Positions 19,475 through 28,324 of a DNA stretch of 64,000 nt are shown piece by piece. A program made the translations under genes and the position numbers. Origin of the DNA: an uncultured Acidobacteriota bacterium (GTDB lineage: Bacteria > Acidobacteriota > Polarisedimenticolia > J045); contig CAVPCQ010000003.1 in NCBI GenBank assembly GCA_963702425.1, positions 32,001 through 96,000 of the forward strand, given 5' to 3'. Position 1 is the stretch's first letter. Each line of letters opens with the position of its first letter. Under the pieces are notes generated by a model. That model saw only the letters and a program-made list of their open reading frames with translations, ran no database searches and had not been told where the DNA came from.

Positions 19475-20923
19475 GCGGCCCCCTTGGCCTGCCGCGTGCC
19501 GCGGCGGCGCGACTTCGACTCCACGCGCGTCAGGTCCGGGATCACGGCGAGGATCGGCAGGTCGATCGCGGCCGCCAGTTGCTCCTCGCTCTTGAACGAC
19601 TGGTCGAAGACCTCGAGCAGCAGGACCAGGGAGATCCCGAGCCCGCCGCCGACCGCGAGTCCCATCAGCAGGAAGAAGCGCAGGTCGGGCCAGAACGGGT
19701 CCTTCGGCGGGCGCGCCGGGTTGAGGACCTCGAACCGCTCGCCCTGCTTGAACGTCTCGACCATCTCGCCTTCGCGCGCGTCGCGCTCCTTCTGCTGCGC
19801 GTCGCGGTACTCCTGCTCGATGCGGTCGCGGATCTGGAGCATCGATTGCAGCGCGCTCTCGCGGTCGGGCGTGCGCTCGAGCTGGCTCTGAATCGTCCCC
19901 GACTCGGCGACCAGCCGCTGCCGCGACGCCTCGTCGGCCGCGAGTTCCCGCTGGAAGCGGTCGAGTTCGCGCCGAATCTGGGCCCGCGCCGAATCGTTGG
20001 TTGCGGCTGCGTCGGACGGCGCCTCGGGGTTCGCAGCGAGCTGCTGCTCGAGGATCGCGATCCGGTCGCGGCGGGTCTTGACCTCCGGGTGGATCTCGGT
20101 CCGGCCGAGCGAAGTCTGCTCGGCCAGCTCCTGCCTGAGCCGCGCCAGCTCGATCGTGCGCGGATCGACGACGGTTCCGCCGCCGGGCCCCGCGAGCGTG
20201 CCGCCCGACGTTCAGCTCGATCTCGAGCCGCCGGATGTCGTTCTGGTAGCCGCGCACCCGGGCGTCGATCCGGTCGATCTCGGTCCGCACGACCGCGAGG
20301 CGCTGGAGGTTGGTGTCGCGGTAGGCGTCGACCTCGAACTTGTGCTCGCCCTGGAACAGGTCGATCTGCCGCTGGATCTCGCCCAGGCGCCGTTCCGAGT
20401 CCTCGCGGATCTCGGTCAGCTTGACGAGCGTCTCGCTGGCCAGCCCCTGCCGCGTCGACTCGGTCCGCTTGATGTAGATGTCGGCCAGCTCGTTGGCGAT
20501 GTTGGCCGCGATCCGCGGGTCTTCCCAGGTCACGGTCAGGTCGAAGTACCGGTTGCGCGGGTTGGCCTGCAGGTCGATCGCCCCGTCGAGCTTGCGCGCC
20601 AGCTCCGCGGCGTCCCGGGGGCCGCCGGGGGTGCCGACGAGCTTCAGCCGCGTCTCGAGGTCCTGGACGTTCTTCTCGGAGGTCAGCTCGGCGTTGAGCG
20701 AGTTCACCAGCTCGGTCGCCTGGAACTCGACGATCGGGCTCAGGAGGGCCTTGGAGATCGTCTGCGGCCGGATCTGGGCCCGGGTCGTCGCCTTGTAGAG
20801 CTTCGGGTACCGCACGTAGAACAGCGTCGCGAACAGCACCCCCAGCAGCGCGGGCAGGATGATCCACCACCGCCGCCGGAACGCGATGTCGAGGTATTCC
20901 TTGAGCAGGGGGTTGTTCTGCAT
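19471..20923 (-). CDS. Polysaccharide co-polymerase (GumC/Wzc N-terminal part; frameshift near 20200)
   Basis: YLDIAFRRRWWII TM, coiled coil, HPEV, ERFEVLNPARPP, second TM, PILAVIP. Confidence 0.85.
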
Positions 20924-20949
20924 CGCTTGCTCGCTGTCTCGGGTCCTTC

Positions 20950-22226
20950 CTACCGCGCCGTGGGGTTCCAGCTCACGACCGCGCTGTAGATCGCGTACGT
21001 GCCTTCGGGAACGAACTGGGTCGAATCCGCCGTGTCGCTCGTAGTCTGGTCGTAGTACTGCACCCCGAAGCCGAGTCCCCAGTGGCGCGACAGGCCGGCC
21101 ACGAACTCGGCGCTGCCGCCGAGGGTCTTCGATGGCGGGGAACGCGTCGAGAACCGGCTCGCGGTCGGAGTAGCGCAGCGCGAGGCCGAAGCGCGAGGCC
21201 TGCCTGATCGGCAGGCGCAGCCCGGCGTAGGCCGCGAGCACCAAGGCCGTCCCTTCGACGCCGCTCGAGCCGGTGAACTCCTGGATCACGCCCAGGTCGA
21301 CCTCGGACCGACCCAGCACCCGGCGGGTGGCGGAGAGCTGATAGACCGGGCGGAACTCGTCCACCCGCCCGGTGCTCCGGGTCCCCAGGTCCGCCGTCTG
21401 GAGGTGCGCCACGCCGGCACGGCCCGTGAACTCCCAGCCCTCGGCGACGTTGCCGTAGATGTAGGCCCCGCCGAGGTTCTGCACGAGGTCGGAGCCGAGC
21501 GAACCGTTGTCGATGTACTGCCCGATGTAGCCGAACCGGAGCTGGGACCGGGGAGTGAGCCGCGTCTCGGAGGCCAGACCGAGTACGGTCGTGGTGGTGT
21601 CGGCCACCGTGATCGGCTGGTCGCCGGTCCCGACGGCGAGGTTGTCCTGGTAGCGCGTGCCCGTCGAGCCGAGCTCGGACGATCCAGGCGGCCCGCTCGG
21701 AGAGCCGGAAGGTCCCGGAGCCCCACGCGGTCCAGGATGTCGTCGTCGTGGGCGGCAGCACGAAGAGGTCCTGCTGGATGTTGTCGTAGGACACGCCCTG
21801 GCGCTGGGTCCGAGTCCCGCTCCCCGTGACCTCCCAGCTCGTGCGGGTCGACTGTGTGAAGGTCCAGCCGAGGCTTGCGGTGTAGTCGGTGTAGCTCAGG
21901 TCGGAGAGACTGGCGCCGCCCTCGGGTGTGTTTGGCCCGGTGTAGGTCTTGTCGTCGTACTGGTAGCGGGTCGGCGTGAAGGTGAGGTTCGTCGACGAGC
22001 GCGGCGTCGTCGCCGTCACGGGCAGCGCCACCGAGAGAATGCCGATCCAGTCGCCCAGGGTCTGGACGGAACCGGACTCCACGTCGGTCACGAGCAGGAC
22101 GTTGTCGTTGTACTGGACCCCCAGCACGACGCTCGGGTCGAAGCTCCAGTCGGCGGCCGGCGCGGGGCCGCCCGCCACCGCGAGCGCGAGGAGTACGCTT
22201 CCGGCCACGCGGCGCCGTGCGGTCAT
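20950..22226 (-). CDS. Putative outer-membrane beta-barrel protein of EPS export (frameshifts near 21660 and 21125)
   Basis: Signal peptide, YNDNV motif, amphipathic strands; lies between wza and the co-polymerase. Confidence 0.65.
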
Positions 22227-22879
22227 TCCGCCACCACGATGTCGCCCGACATGAGCATGATGTTCTGCTCGGGCGTCTTCCCCTTGATGATGTCGTCGTA
22301 GTCGATCCCGATCCGCTTCGGTCCCTCGCTCGTCTCGCGCATCACGATGATCCGCTTGTTCGCGAACTCGTTCAGCCCGCCGGCCATCGCCAGGGCCTGC
22401 AGCAGCCGGAGCGGCGTGGCTGACGTGATCTCCCCCTGCGTGCCGACCCGGCCCAGGACGTACAGGCGATAACTGTTGATCGCACGGACCGCGACGGTGA
22501 CGACCGGCTCCTTCTGGAACGGCTCGAGCTTCTTCGCGATCGATCTGGCGAGCAGCGTCGGCGGCATCCCCTCGGCGTCGATGTCGCCGACCAGGGGCAG
22601 CGTGATCCGGCCGTCGGGACGGACCACCACCTCGTGCGCTTCCGCCTCGCCGAAGACGAAGATCGAGAGCTCGTCGCCGATGCCGATCCGGTACTCGGCC
22701 CGGGCGGGAGCGGTGGAACTCGCCGGGGCCGGGGCCGCGGCCGGGGCCGCGGCCTCCTGCGCGGACGCAGGCAGCGTGCCGACGCCCGGCGCGAGCGCGA
22801 ACGCGAGCGCGAGCGCGGCGGCCCGCGGCGCGGAGAGGGTATGGCGAACGGAGGCGGTGATCCTGTGTTCTCTCGGCAT
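22223..22879 (-). CDS. Polysaccharide export protein (Wza/Poly_export + SLBB)
   Basis: YRIGIGDEL, VRPDGRITLPLVG, LLQALAMAGGL, GDIVV. Confidence 0.9.
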   Translation of the reverse strand: MPREHRITASVRHTLSAPRAAALALAFALAPGVGTLPASAQEAAAPAAAPAPASSTAPARAEYRIGIGDELSIFVFGEAEAHEVVVRPDGRITLPLVGDIDAEGMPPTLLARSIAKKLEPFQKEPVVTVAVRAINSYRLYVLGRVGTQGEITSATPLRLLQALAMAGGLNEFANKRIIVMRETSEGPKRIGIDYDDIIKGKTPEQNIMLMSGDIVVAE

Positions 22880-23546
22880 GGTGTCCTCGTCACGCTCCGG
22901 GCTTTCCCGTGACCGCCCGGACGCTCCGCGCACGGCGGCTCCCCGGTCGGCCCCTGGCTCCCGTCCTTCGGGACAACTTCCCCGGGAAATGGCTACGGCT
23001 CCCGGCCCGGGAAGTCAAGCTCCAAAGATCGTCGCCCGTGTTGTCGATTGTTTCCTCGTGTTCGACTTCTTGTCACTCCGGCCGCGCCGGCGCGTTCAGC
23101 CCCTGAACAGCCCGCCCGGCGCAGCCCGTGGCCCCGACGCCGGGATAGAGAATACGGGGAAATCGCCGGCGGGCCACGTCTCGAACGGGGTCCTTCGGTG
23201 CCGCGCCGGTCCGCGCCGTGCCGCCGGCAAGGCCCTGGACGCGGCCGAAGGCGGAAGGGTGCGAGGCGAGACAGACAAGACAACGGGCGCTCTCGGCGGT
23301 TCATGGCACCGGGCATGGGCGGCATCTCGGCGACTTGCTTACTGGTAAGGATTCGCGCGTTCCCCGTCTGCCGGCGGCCTCATTCGCCGAATTCCGCGTT
23401 GCCGGGCCGGGCGTATCGACGTAAACCCATGGCGGGACAGCTAGGGAGATCCTCAAGTTCGCGCCCTGCCCTTCAGGGTCGCCGGCGGCTCGGGAAGGCC
23501 AGTCGGCGTTACCATCACCGGGCTGGACGCACCTGGGGGGTACCCG

Positions 23547-23846
23547 ATGAACTGTCTTCCGCAGGCCAGGGTGGATGTCCGGAATGTGGACCTGGGCTCC
23601 GAGCTCGTGATCTACGACGAGCGACACGGGCTCTTCCACATCCTGAACTCCACCGCCAGAAGGATCTGGCAGCTCTGCGACGGATCGCACGGCGTGGATG
23701 ACATCGTGGGCGAGATGACCCGCATGTTCCCGCAGACGGCCGTCGCGACGCTGCGGCAGGACGTGGAACGGACGCTGGCTTCGTTGAGGGAAAAGGAAGT
23801 CATCGTCTGGCCGGGCACGGAGAAAGCGGAAGAACGCGCCGGCTGA
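23547..23846 (+). CDS. PqqD family protein / stand-alone RiPP recognition element
   Basis: 99 aa; ELVIYD...HILNSTARRIWQLCDG...DDIV...DVERTLASLREKEVI matches the PqqD/RRE pattern. Confidence 0.88.
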   Translation: MNCLPQARVDVRNVDLGSELVIYDERHGLFHILNSTARRIWQLCDGSHGVDDIVGEMTRMFPQTAVATLRQDVERTLASLREKEVIVWPGTEKAEERAG

Positions 23847-23914
23847 GCCGGAAGCGGGGAATACGCCAAGGGGATTCAGCCCGCTGGAAGCGGCGGATTG
23901 GGGACGGGAAACAG

Positions 23915-24115
23915 ATGAACGAAATTCGAAAGCCCGAACTGGAGTGCCAGGAGCCCGGCGAGTATGTCGCGCCGGAGATCCTGACCTACTCCCCCGAGGA
24001 TTTCCTCGGACTGCTCGGCCCTGCGCAGGGATACGGCGGCAGTTCTGGCGGCGAGAGCGGTGGTGGCCGCAGTTCCGGCGGCCGCGGCTACCGGCTCTAC
24101 CCGGGGCTGCGCTGA
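23915..24115 (+). CDS. Putative RiPP precursor peptide (YxxP leader, Gly/Ser-rich core)
   Basis: 66 aa directly downstream of the RRE; EYVAPEI motif; followed by a terminator. Confidence 0.7.
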   Translation: MNEIRKPELECQEPGEYVAPEILTYSPEDFLGLLGPAQGYGGSSGGESGGGRSSGGRGYRLYPGLR

Positions 24116-24157
24116 CCGCTGCGGCGCGGCCTGGCCGCGTCGGTCCGAATTGAAGAG

Positions 24158-24190
24158 AAGCCCGGCGCTCGGTCGCGCCGGGCTTTTTTG
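24158..24190 (+). terminator. Rho-independent terminator
   Basis: AAGCCCGGCGC-tcggtc-GCGCCGGGCTT stem followed by a T-tract. Confidence 0.88.
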
Positions 24191-24233
24191 TTCTTTCGGG
24201 GCCTGGCGGGTCGGCCGGACGCTTACCCTTGGC

Positions 24234-24262
24234 TTGACCCGCACCGGGACGGGGGCTACCAT
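24234..24262 (+). promoter_or_regulatory. Sigma70-type promoter of tRNA-Arg
   Basis: TTGACC-N17-TACCAT. Confidence 0.7.
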
Positions 24263-24298
24263 CCCGCGTCTTCCGTGAGGGTTCCCTCGCGAAGCTGT

Positions 24299-24375
24299 GC
24301 GCCCGTAGCTCAATTGGATAGAGCACTTGACTACGGATCAAGAGGTTGGGGATTCGAGTTCCTCCGGGCGCGCCA
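24299..24375 (+). tRNA. tRNA-Arg (ACG)
   Basis: GCGCCCG/CGGGCGC acceptor stem, anticodon arm CTTGA-ctACGga-TCAAG, TTCGAGT loop, encoded CCA. Confidence 0.96.
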
Positions 24376-26882
24376 CCTCCAGCTCGTTGCGATAACGCCG
24401 GCCGGCCAGTTCGAAGTCGAGCTCCAGCGGAGCCCGGCCGCGGACGCGCATCGCGCCGCCGTGCTCCCCGCGCTGGTGGTGGAACCGGCAGAGGGTGACC
24501 CGGTTGTCGGGGGCGTCGTCGCCGCCGTGGGCGCGGTAGAGCACGTGGTGGTCCTCGAGCTGGGCGCACGAGGTGCAGCCCGGGGCCATGCAGCGCCAGC
24601 CGTCGCGGGCGTAGACGCCGCGCGGGCCCCGGCGGGCGTCGTGGGTGGCGACGTACGAGGTCAGGAGCGCATACAGCCCGAGCCACCGGGCGTCGAAGGG
24701 GGCGAGGTCGGCGGAAAACGTTCGGACGCGGCGCGCGGCGGCGTCGACCGCGCCGAGGAAGTCGGCGGCGAGGTCGAACGAGAGGATGAGGCGGAGCGGG
24801 GCGACGGCTGCGGAGTGTGCGGCGGCCAGGGCAGCGTACTTCTCGATCCGGGCCGTCGTCTCCCCGGGCAGGCGGCGCAGCGAGCGGTGCCAGTCGGCAT
24901 CGGGGAGCGGGCGTGGCGGCGGGTGCGGCTGCGGGCCGCGGTCCGACGGGTCGACCGCGAGCAGCCGGAGCTTGCGGAGCGCGTCGCGCTCGTCGTCGAG
25001 GCGCTTGATCGTCGCCGACTCCGCGCGGGCCACCCAGTCGCGCTGCAGGTCGTCCGGCACACCGGAGCGGCCGAGGATTCGCACGAGGCGCAGTGCTGCA
25101 AGGGACGAGATGCGGCCCGCGCGGTGGGCTTCTTCGACGGCGGGCAGATCGGACAGGGCGCGGGCCAGCGTGGCGAGGTCTTCCACGGTGGAGCGCCCCA
25201 TGCCGAGCCGGGCCTCCGCGTAGTGTCGGACGCTGTCGTAGCCGAGAGCGGTCCACGCGCGCTGCCGGGCGAGGGCGGCGAGGACGTCGCCCAGTGCACG
25301 GCGGATCTCCTGCTCGATGTCGACCAGGGCGCGGAGCCGCGCCGCCAGCTCCGTCGCACTGCCGGAGCCGGCGTCCGCGAAGAGCCGATCGGCGCGCGCC
25401 AGCAGAGCGTCGGCGGCGGCGACCGTCGCGGAGCGGGCGGACGGCTCGGGATCGAGCGCGTGGGTGAGGCCGGCCGGTGGAAAACATTCGGACGCCGGTG
25501 AAGGACAGTCCAACGCAGGTGGAAACATTCGGACGCCGATGTCGGGCAGCCAGACGAATTCGCCGGCTCGTGTCCGGCGGCGATCGCCGGCGCGGGCCAT
25601 GGCGAACCACGCGCGCCGCGTCGCGTCCCAGTGCTCTTCGCGCGCGACATCGTCATGGACGCGTGTCCGGCGCAGGCGCGCGAGCGCGCCGTCGAGATCG
25701 GGGCGGGGATCGAGGCCGGCCGCGCGCGCCTCGGCGACCAGCGCCTCCACGAAGTCCGCGGCGGAGCGTGGCGTACCGCAGGCGCGATCGTGGAGCAGGC
25801 GGACCTCGTGAAAGGCCGCGACGACGGGCGCCGGGAGGTCCAGCCGGACCGTCGCGCGCGGCAGGTGATGGTCGCCGTCCGGGCCGTCCTCGTTTCCCGG
25901 GCCGGGGAAGCACTCCTCCGCCCAGGCGAAGAGCGCCCGCCGGTCCGCCGCGGCGGCTTCTTCCCGCCTCCGCTCGGCCTCCTCGGCCGCGACGACCTCG
26001 TCGGGCAGGACGACGGGAATGCCGAGTGCCTCCAGGAAGCGGCGATTCCAGGGTAGCGCGGCCTTTTCCGCGAAGGCCGGCCCGGTGAGCAGCGCGGGGC
26101 AGGCCGACGCGACCCACGCCAGCACCGGATCGGGCGGACGGAACTGGTCGTCGCGGCGGCCGTCGGCGTCGACGGGAAAGGGACGATCCGCCTGTCGGGA
26201 CCGGCGGAGCCGCTCCTTGAGTTCGCGCACGCCGACCGCGCGGGCGAGCGCGATCCAGGTCGAACGGAACTCGTCGGTCGTGCCGCGGACGATGGCCAGC
26301 GCCGCGACGGTGCCGAGCGGCGGGCCACCGTCCTCCCCCGTCATCGCGTCGAGCAGTTCCTCGGAGTGGAGGGTCGCGCGGCCCAGCGCCGCGAGGTCGC
26401 GCAACCAGCGTCCCGTTCGCCCCAGCCGCTCGCGCGCGAAGTCCTCCGCCCGCGCGTACCCCAGCTCGAACCAGCCGTGACGCCGGGAGAAGGCGTCGGC
26501 CGCGCGGGAGAGCGGACGCGCCAGCCCGTGCAGGCGCAGGGAGAGGGTTGCGGCGAGAGCGTCGAGCCCCCTGAGATCGTCGGGCGGGTTGTGCGAGTCG
26601 AACGCGCGATGCGCCCCTTGCGTGCTGTTCGCGTCAAACGCGCAATGCGCCTGTGCCGCGACCCGTCCTGCGTTGGCCGTCGACCGGGAGAACGAGCGCT
26701 CCAACCGCCGCCTCCGGCCGCCGAAGGCATCGCCGGTGCCCGGAGCTGCCGGGCCCGAGCACGAGCACGGGCGCGCCGTGGGCCGCGCCACGGGCTCGGC
26801 GGCAGGGTGACAGCAGAACGCAGATCCGGGGCTCCGCGCGAGTCCGGAGTCGCTTGCATCGTCGATGGTGACGATCGACATG
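24338..26882 (-). CDS. Large HNH endonuclease with duplicated DUF222-like helical regions
   Basis: C-terminal RDGWRCMAPGC...EDHHVLYRAHGG...NRVTLCRFHH; two WxxLGYxxxxxF/YAxxRLG units; ORF track gives 24338..26881. Confidence 0.85.
25476..25538. repeat. Direct repeat GGTGGAAA(A)CATTCGGACGCCG (2 copies; third degenerate copy near 24712-24729)
   Basis: Copies at 25476-25497 and 25518-25538 differ by one A. Confidence 0.8.
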
Positions 26883-26904
26883 GGCGTGCCTCTTCGTCAT
26901 CGCT

Positions 26905-26933
26905 ACTCTACATGACAGTCAGGTGACTGTCAA
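26905..26933 (-). promoter_or_regulatory. Sigma70-type promoter of the HNH gene overlapped by a perfect palindrome
   Basis: TTGACA-N17-TAGAGT on minus strand; TGACAGTCA-GG-TGACTGTCA at 26913-26932. Confidence 0.75.
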
Positions 26934-26985
26934 TGACTGGGGAGCGATTTGTTCTCCGTTCTGGGATGTCAGGTGGACCCGGCAA

Positions 26986-27180
26986 CTACGGGAGACGGTC
27001 GCCGTCGAGCAGGGCCATGAAGATCTGGAAGTCCTCATCTTTCCCGCTGCGAGGTGTTGCAGTCGTCAGCAGCAGGTGCTCGGTCAGGCCACCCAGCCGC
27101 TGACCCGGGCGAAGGCGCTTGGCGTGCATGATCTCGCGACCAAGGAAGGTGGCGGACAAGTCATGTGCCTGGTCGGCCGG
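26986..27180 (-). pseudogene. Remnant of an SNF2-family helicase
   Basis: DQAHDLSATF...HLLLTTATPRSGKDEDFQIFMALLDGDRL resembles SF2 motifs II (DEAH) and III (TATP). Confidence 0.7.
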
Positions 27181-27310
27181 GCCGCGTGCCTCGGCATCTC
27201 CGTCAACACGGTCCGCTCGCACCTCAAGCGGATCATGGTGAAGACCGGAGCCTCGCGGCAGTCGGACCTCGTGCGCATGGTGCTGCGCGGGCCGGGACCG
27301 CTGGTGCCGC
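27181..27310 (+). pseudogene. C-terminal fragment of a LuxR-type HTH regulator
   Basis: AACLGISVNTVRSHLKRIMVKTGASRQSDLVRMVL; no matching N-terminus or start. Confidence 0.7.
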
Positions 27311-27539
27311 GGGCGAGCGGTGAGGCACCGCTACGGGTGTCGCGGCGCGGGAGATGGGGCGTCGCCGGCAGGGCCGAGAGGGGCGCCCTCGGAGGCTGGA
27401 AGCCTGATCGCAAGAACGGCCCGCCAGTACCATCGCGATCTCGATCGCGAGTGCTTCGGCTCCCGCGGCAGCAACCTCCCGGCACCGTCGCAGGCGCGCG
27501 ATCCTGCCTTCCACGGTATCTTCATCCCCGGAGAACCCC

Positions 27540-27788
27540 ATGACGCGCATCCAGCCGACCGCTCTCGACCCCGCGCTGCAGGAAGCCCTTCGCCTCGTCG
27601 CCGACGGCGAGCGCGTCCTGCTCGAAGTGGACGGGCGCCCGATCGCGGCAATCGTTCCGCTCGACGATGCGGTTGCGCTCGAGGACGCCGACGACCAGGC
27701 CGATCTGGACGCTTGCCGCCTCGCACGCGACGAACCCGGATCGATACCGCTCCAGGACGTGCTGCGCGAGCTGGACCTCGAGGACTAG
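27540..27788 (+). CDS. Type II antitoxin (Phd/YefM-like)
   Basis: 82 aa; GERVLL...GRPIAAIVPLDD; acidic tail IPLQDVLRELDL; precedes a RelE-like start. Confidence 0.75.
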   Translation: MTRIQPTALDPALQEALRLVADGERVLLEVDGRPIAAIVPLDDAVALEDADDQADLDACRLARDEPGSIPLQDVLRELDLED

Positions 27789-27791
27789 AGC

Positions 27792-27920
27792 GTGACCTAC
27801 CGCGTCGAACTCAAGCCCGCGGCGCGGCGAACGTTTCTTGGCCTCCCACGACAGGTTCAGGTCCGCCTTCGGGACGCGCTCCGGGCGCTGTCGGAGGTCC
27901 CGCGAGGCCCAACCACCTCG
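27792..27920 (+). pseudogene. Truncated RelE/ParE family toxin
   Basis: MTYRVELKPAARRTFLGLPRQVQVRLRDALRALSEVPR then similarity is lost; no YRxRVGDYR-type region. Confidence 0.7.
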
Positions 27921-28324
27921 ACGGTCTGCCGCCGCCACTGTGATTCTCGCAACAACCCGCCCCTTGCCGCTCAAGAGAAGCGCGGGGCCGGTCGCAGCCG
28001 CACCAACGCAACCGACCCCGCGCTGGGGGAGAAAGGGGGCACCTACGGCGCCAGCTCGTCACCTCCGGCGCCCACGGCGCCCTCGGAGTACGCAGGGCGA
28101 AGCGCGCTACGCCGCGCGATGGCCCATCCCTGGCGGTGCCTCACGGTGAATCCCCCCTTGGATCGTCGCGGCCGAGGCTCCCCCGAGCATCCGGGTCGCG
28201 GTCCTTCACACATCCATACGCACGCGAACGCCCCGCCGAACGCGGACTTGCGGCGGTGTCGCGGCACGCCCACCGCGCCCTGCCGGAATCGTTCTCGTTG
28301 TCCTGTCGGCCCGGAGCCCGCGCC

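Noticed and set aside
15721-21607. Apparent YvcK-PglF and barrel-Wzz-kinase fusions in the ORF track
   Set aside because: Linkers are off-frame Arg/Pro/Gly-rich text; each domain has its own start and stop once single indels are allowed
25476-25538. Mini CRISPR array
   Set aside because: Only two adjacent copies with a 20-bp spacer, inside a CDS, and no cas genes
24376-28300. Classical integrase island with attL/attR at tRNA-Arg
   Set aside because: No integrase and no convincing duplicate of the tRNA 3' end (TGGGCGTGCC at 26881 is too weak)
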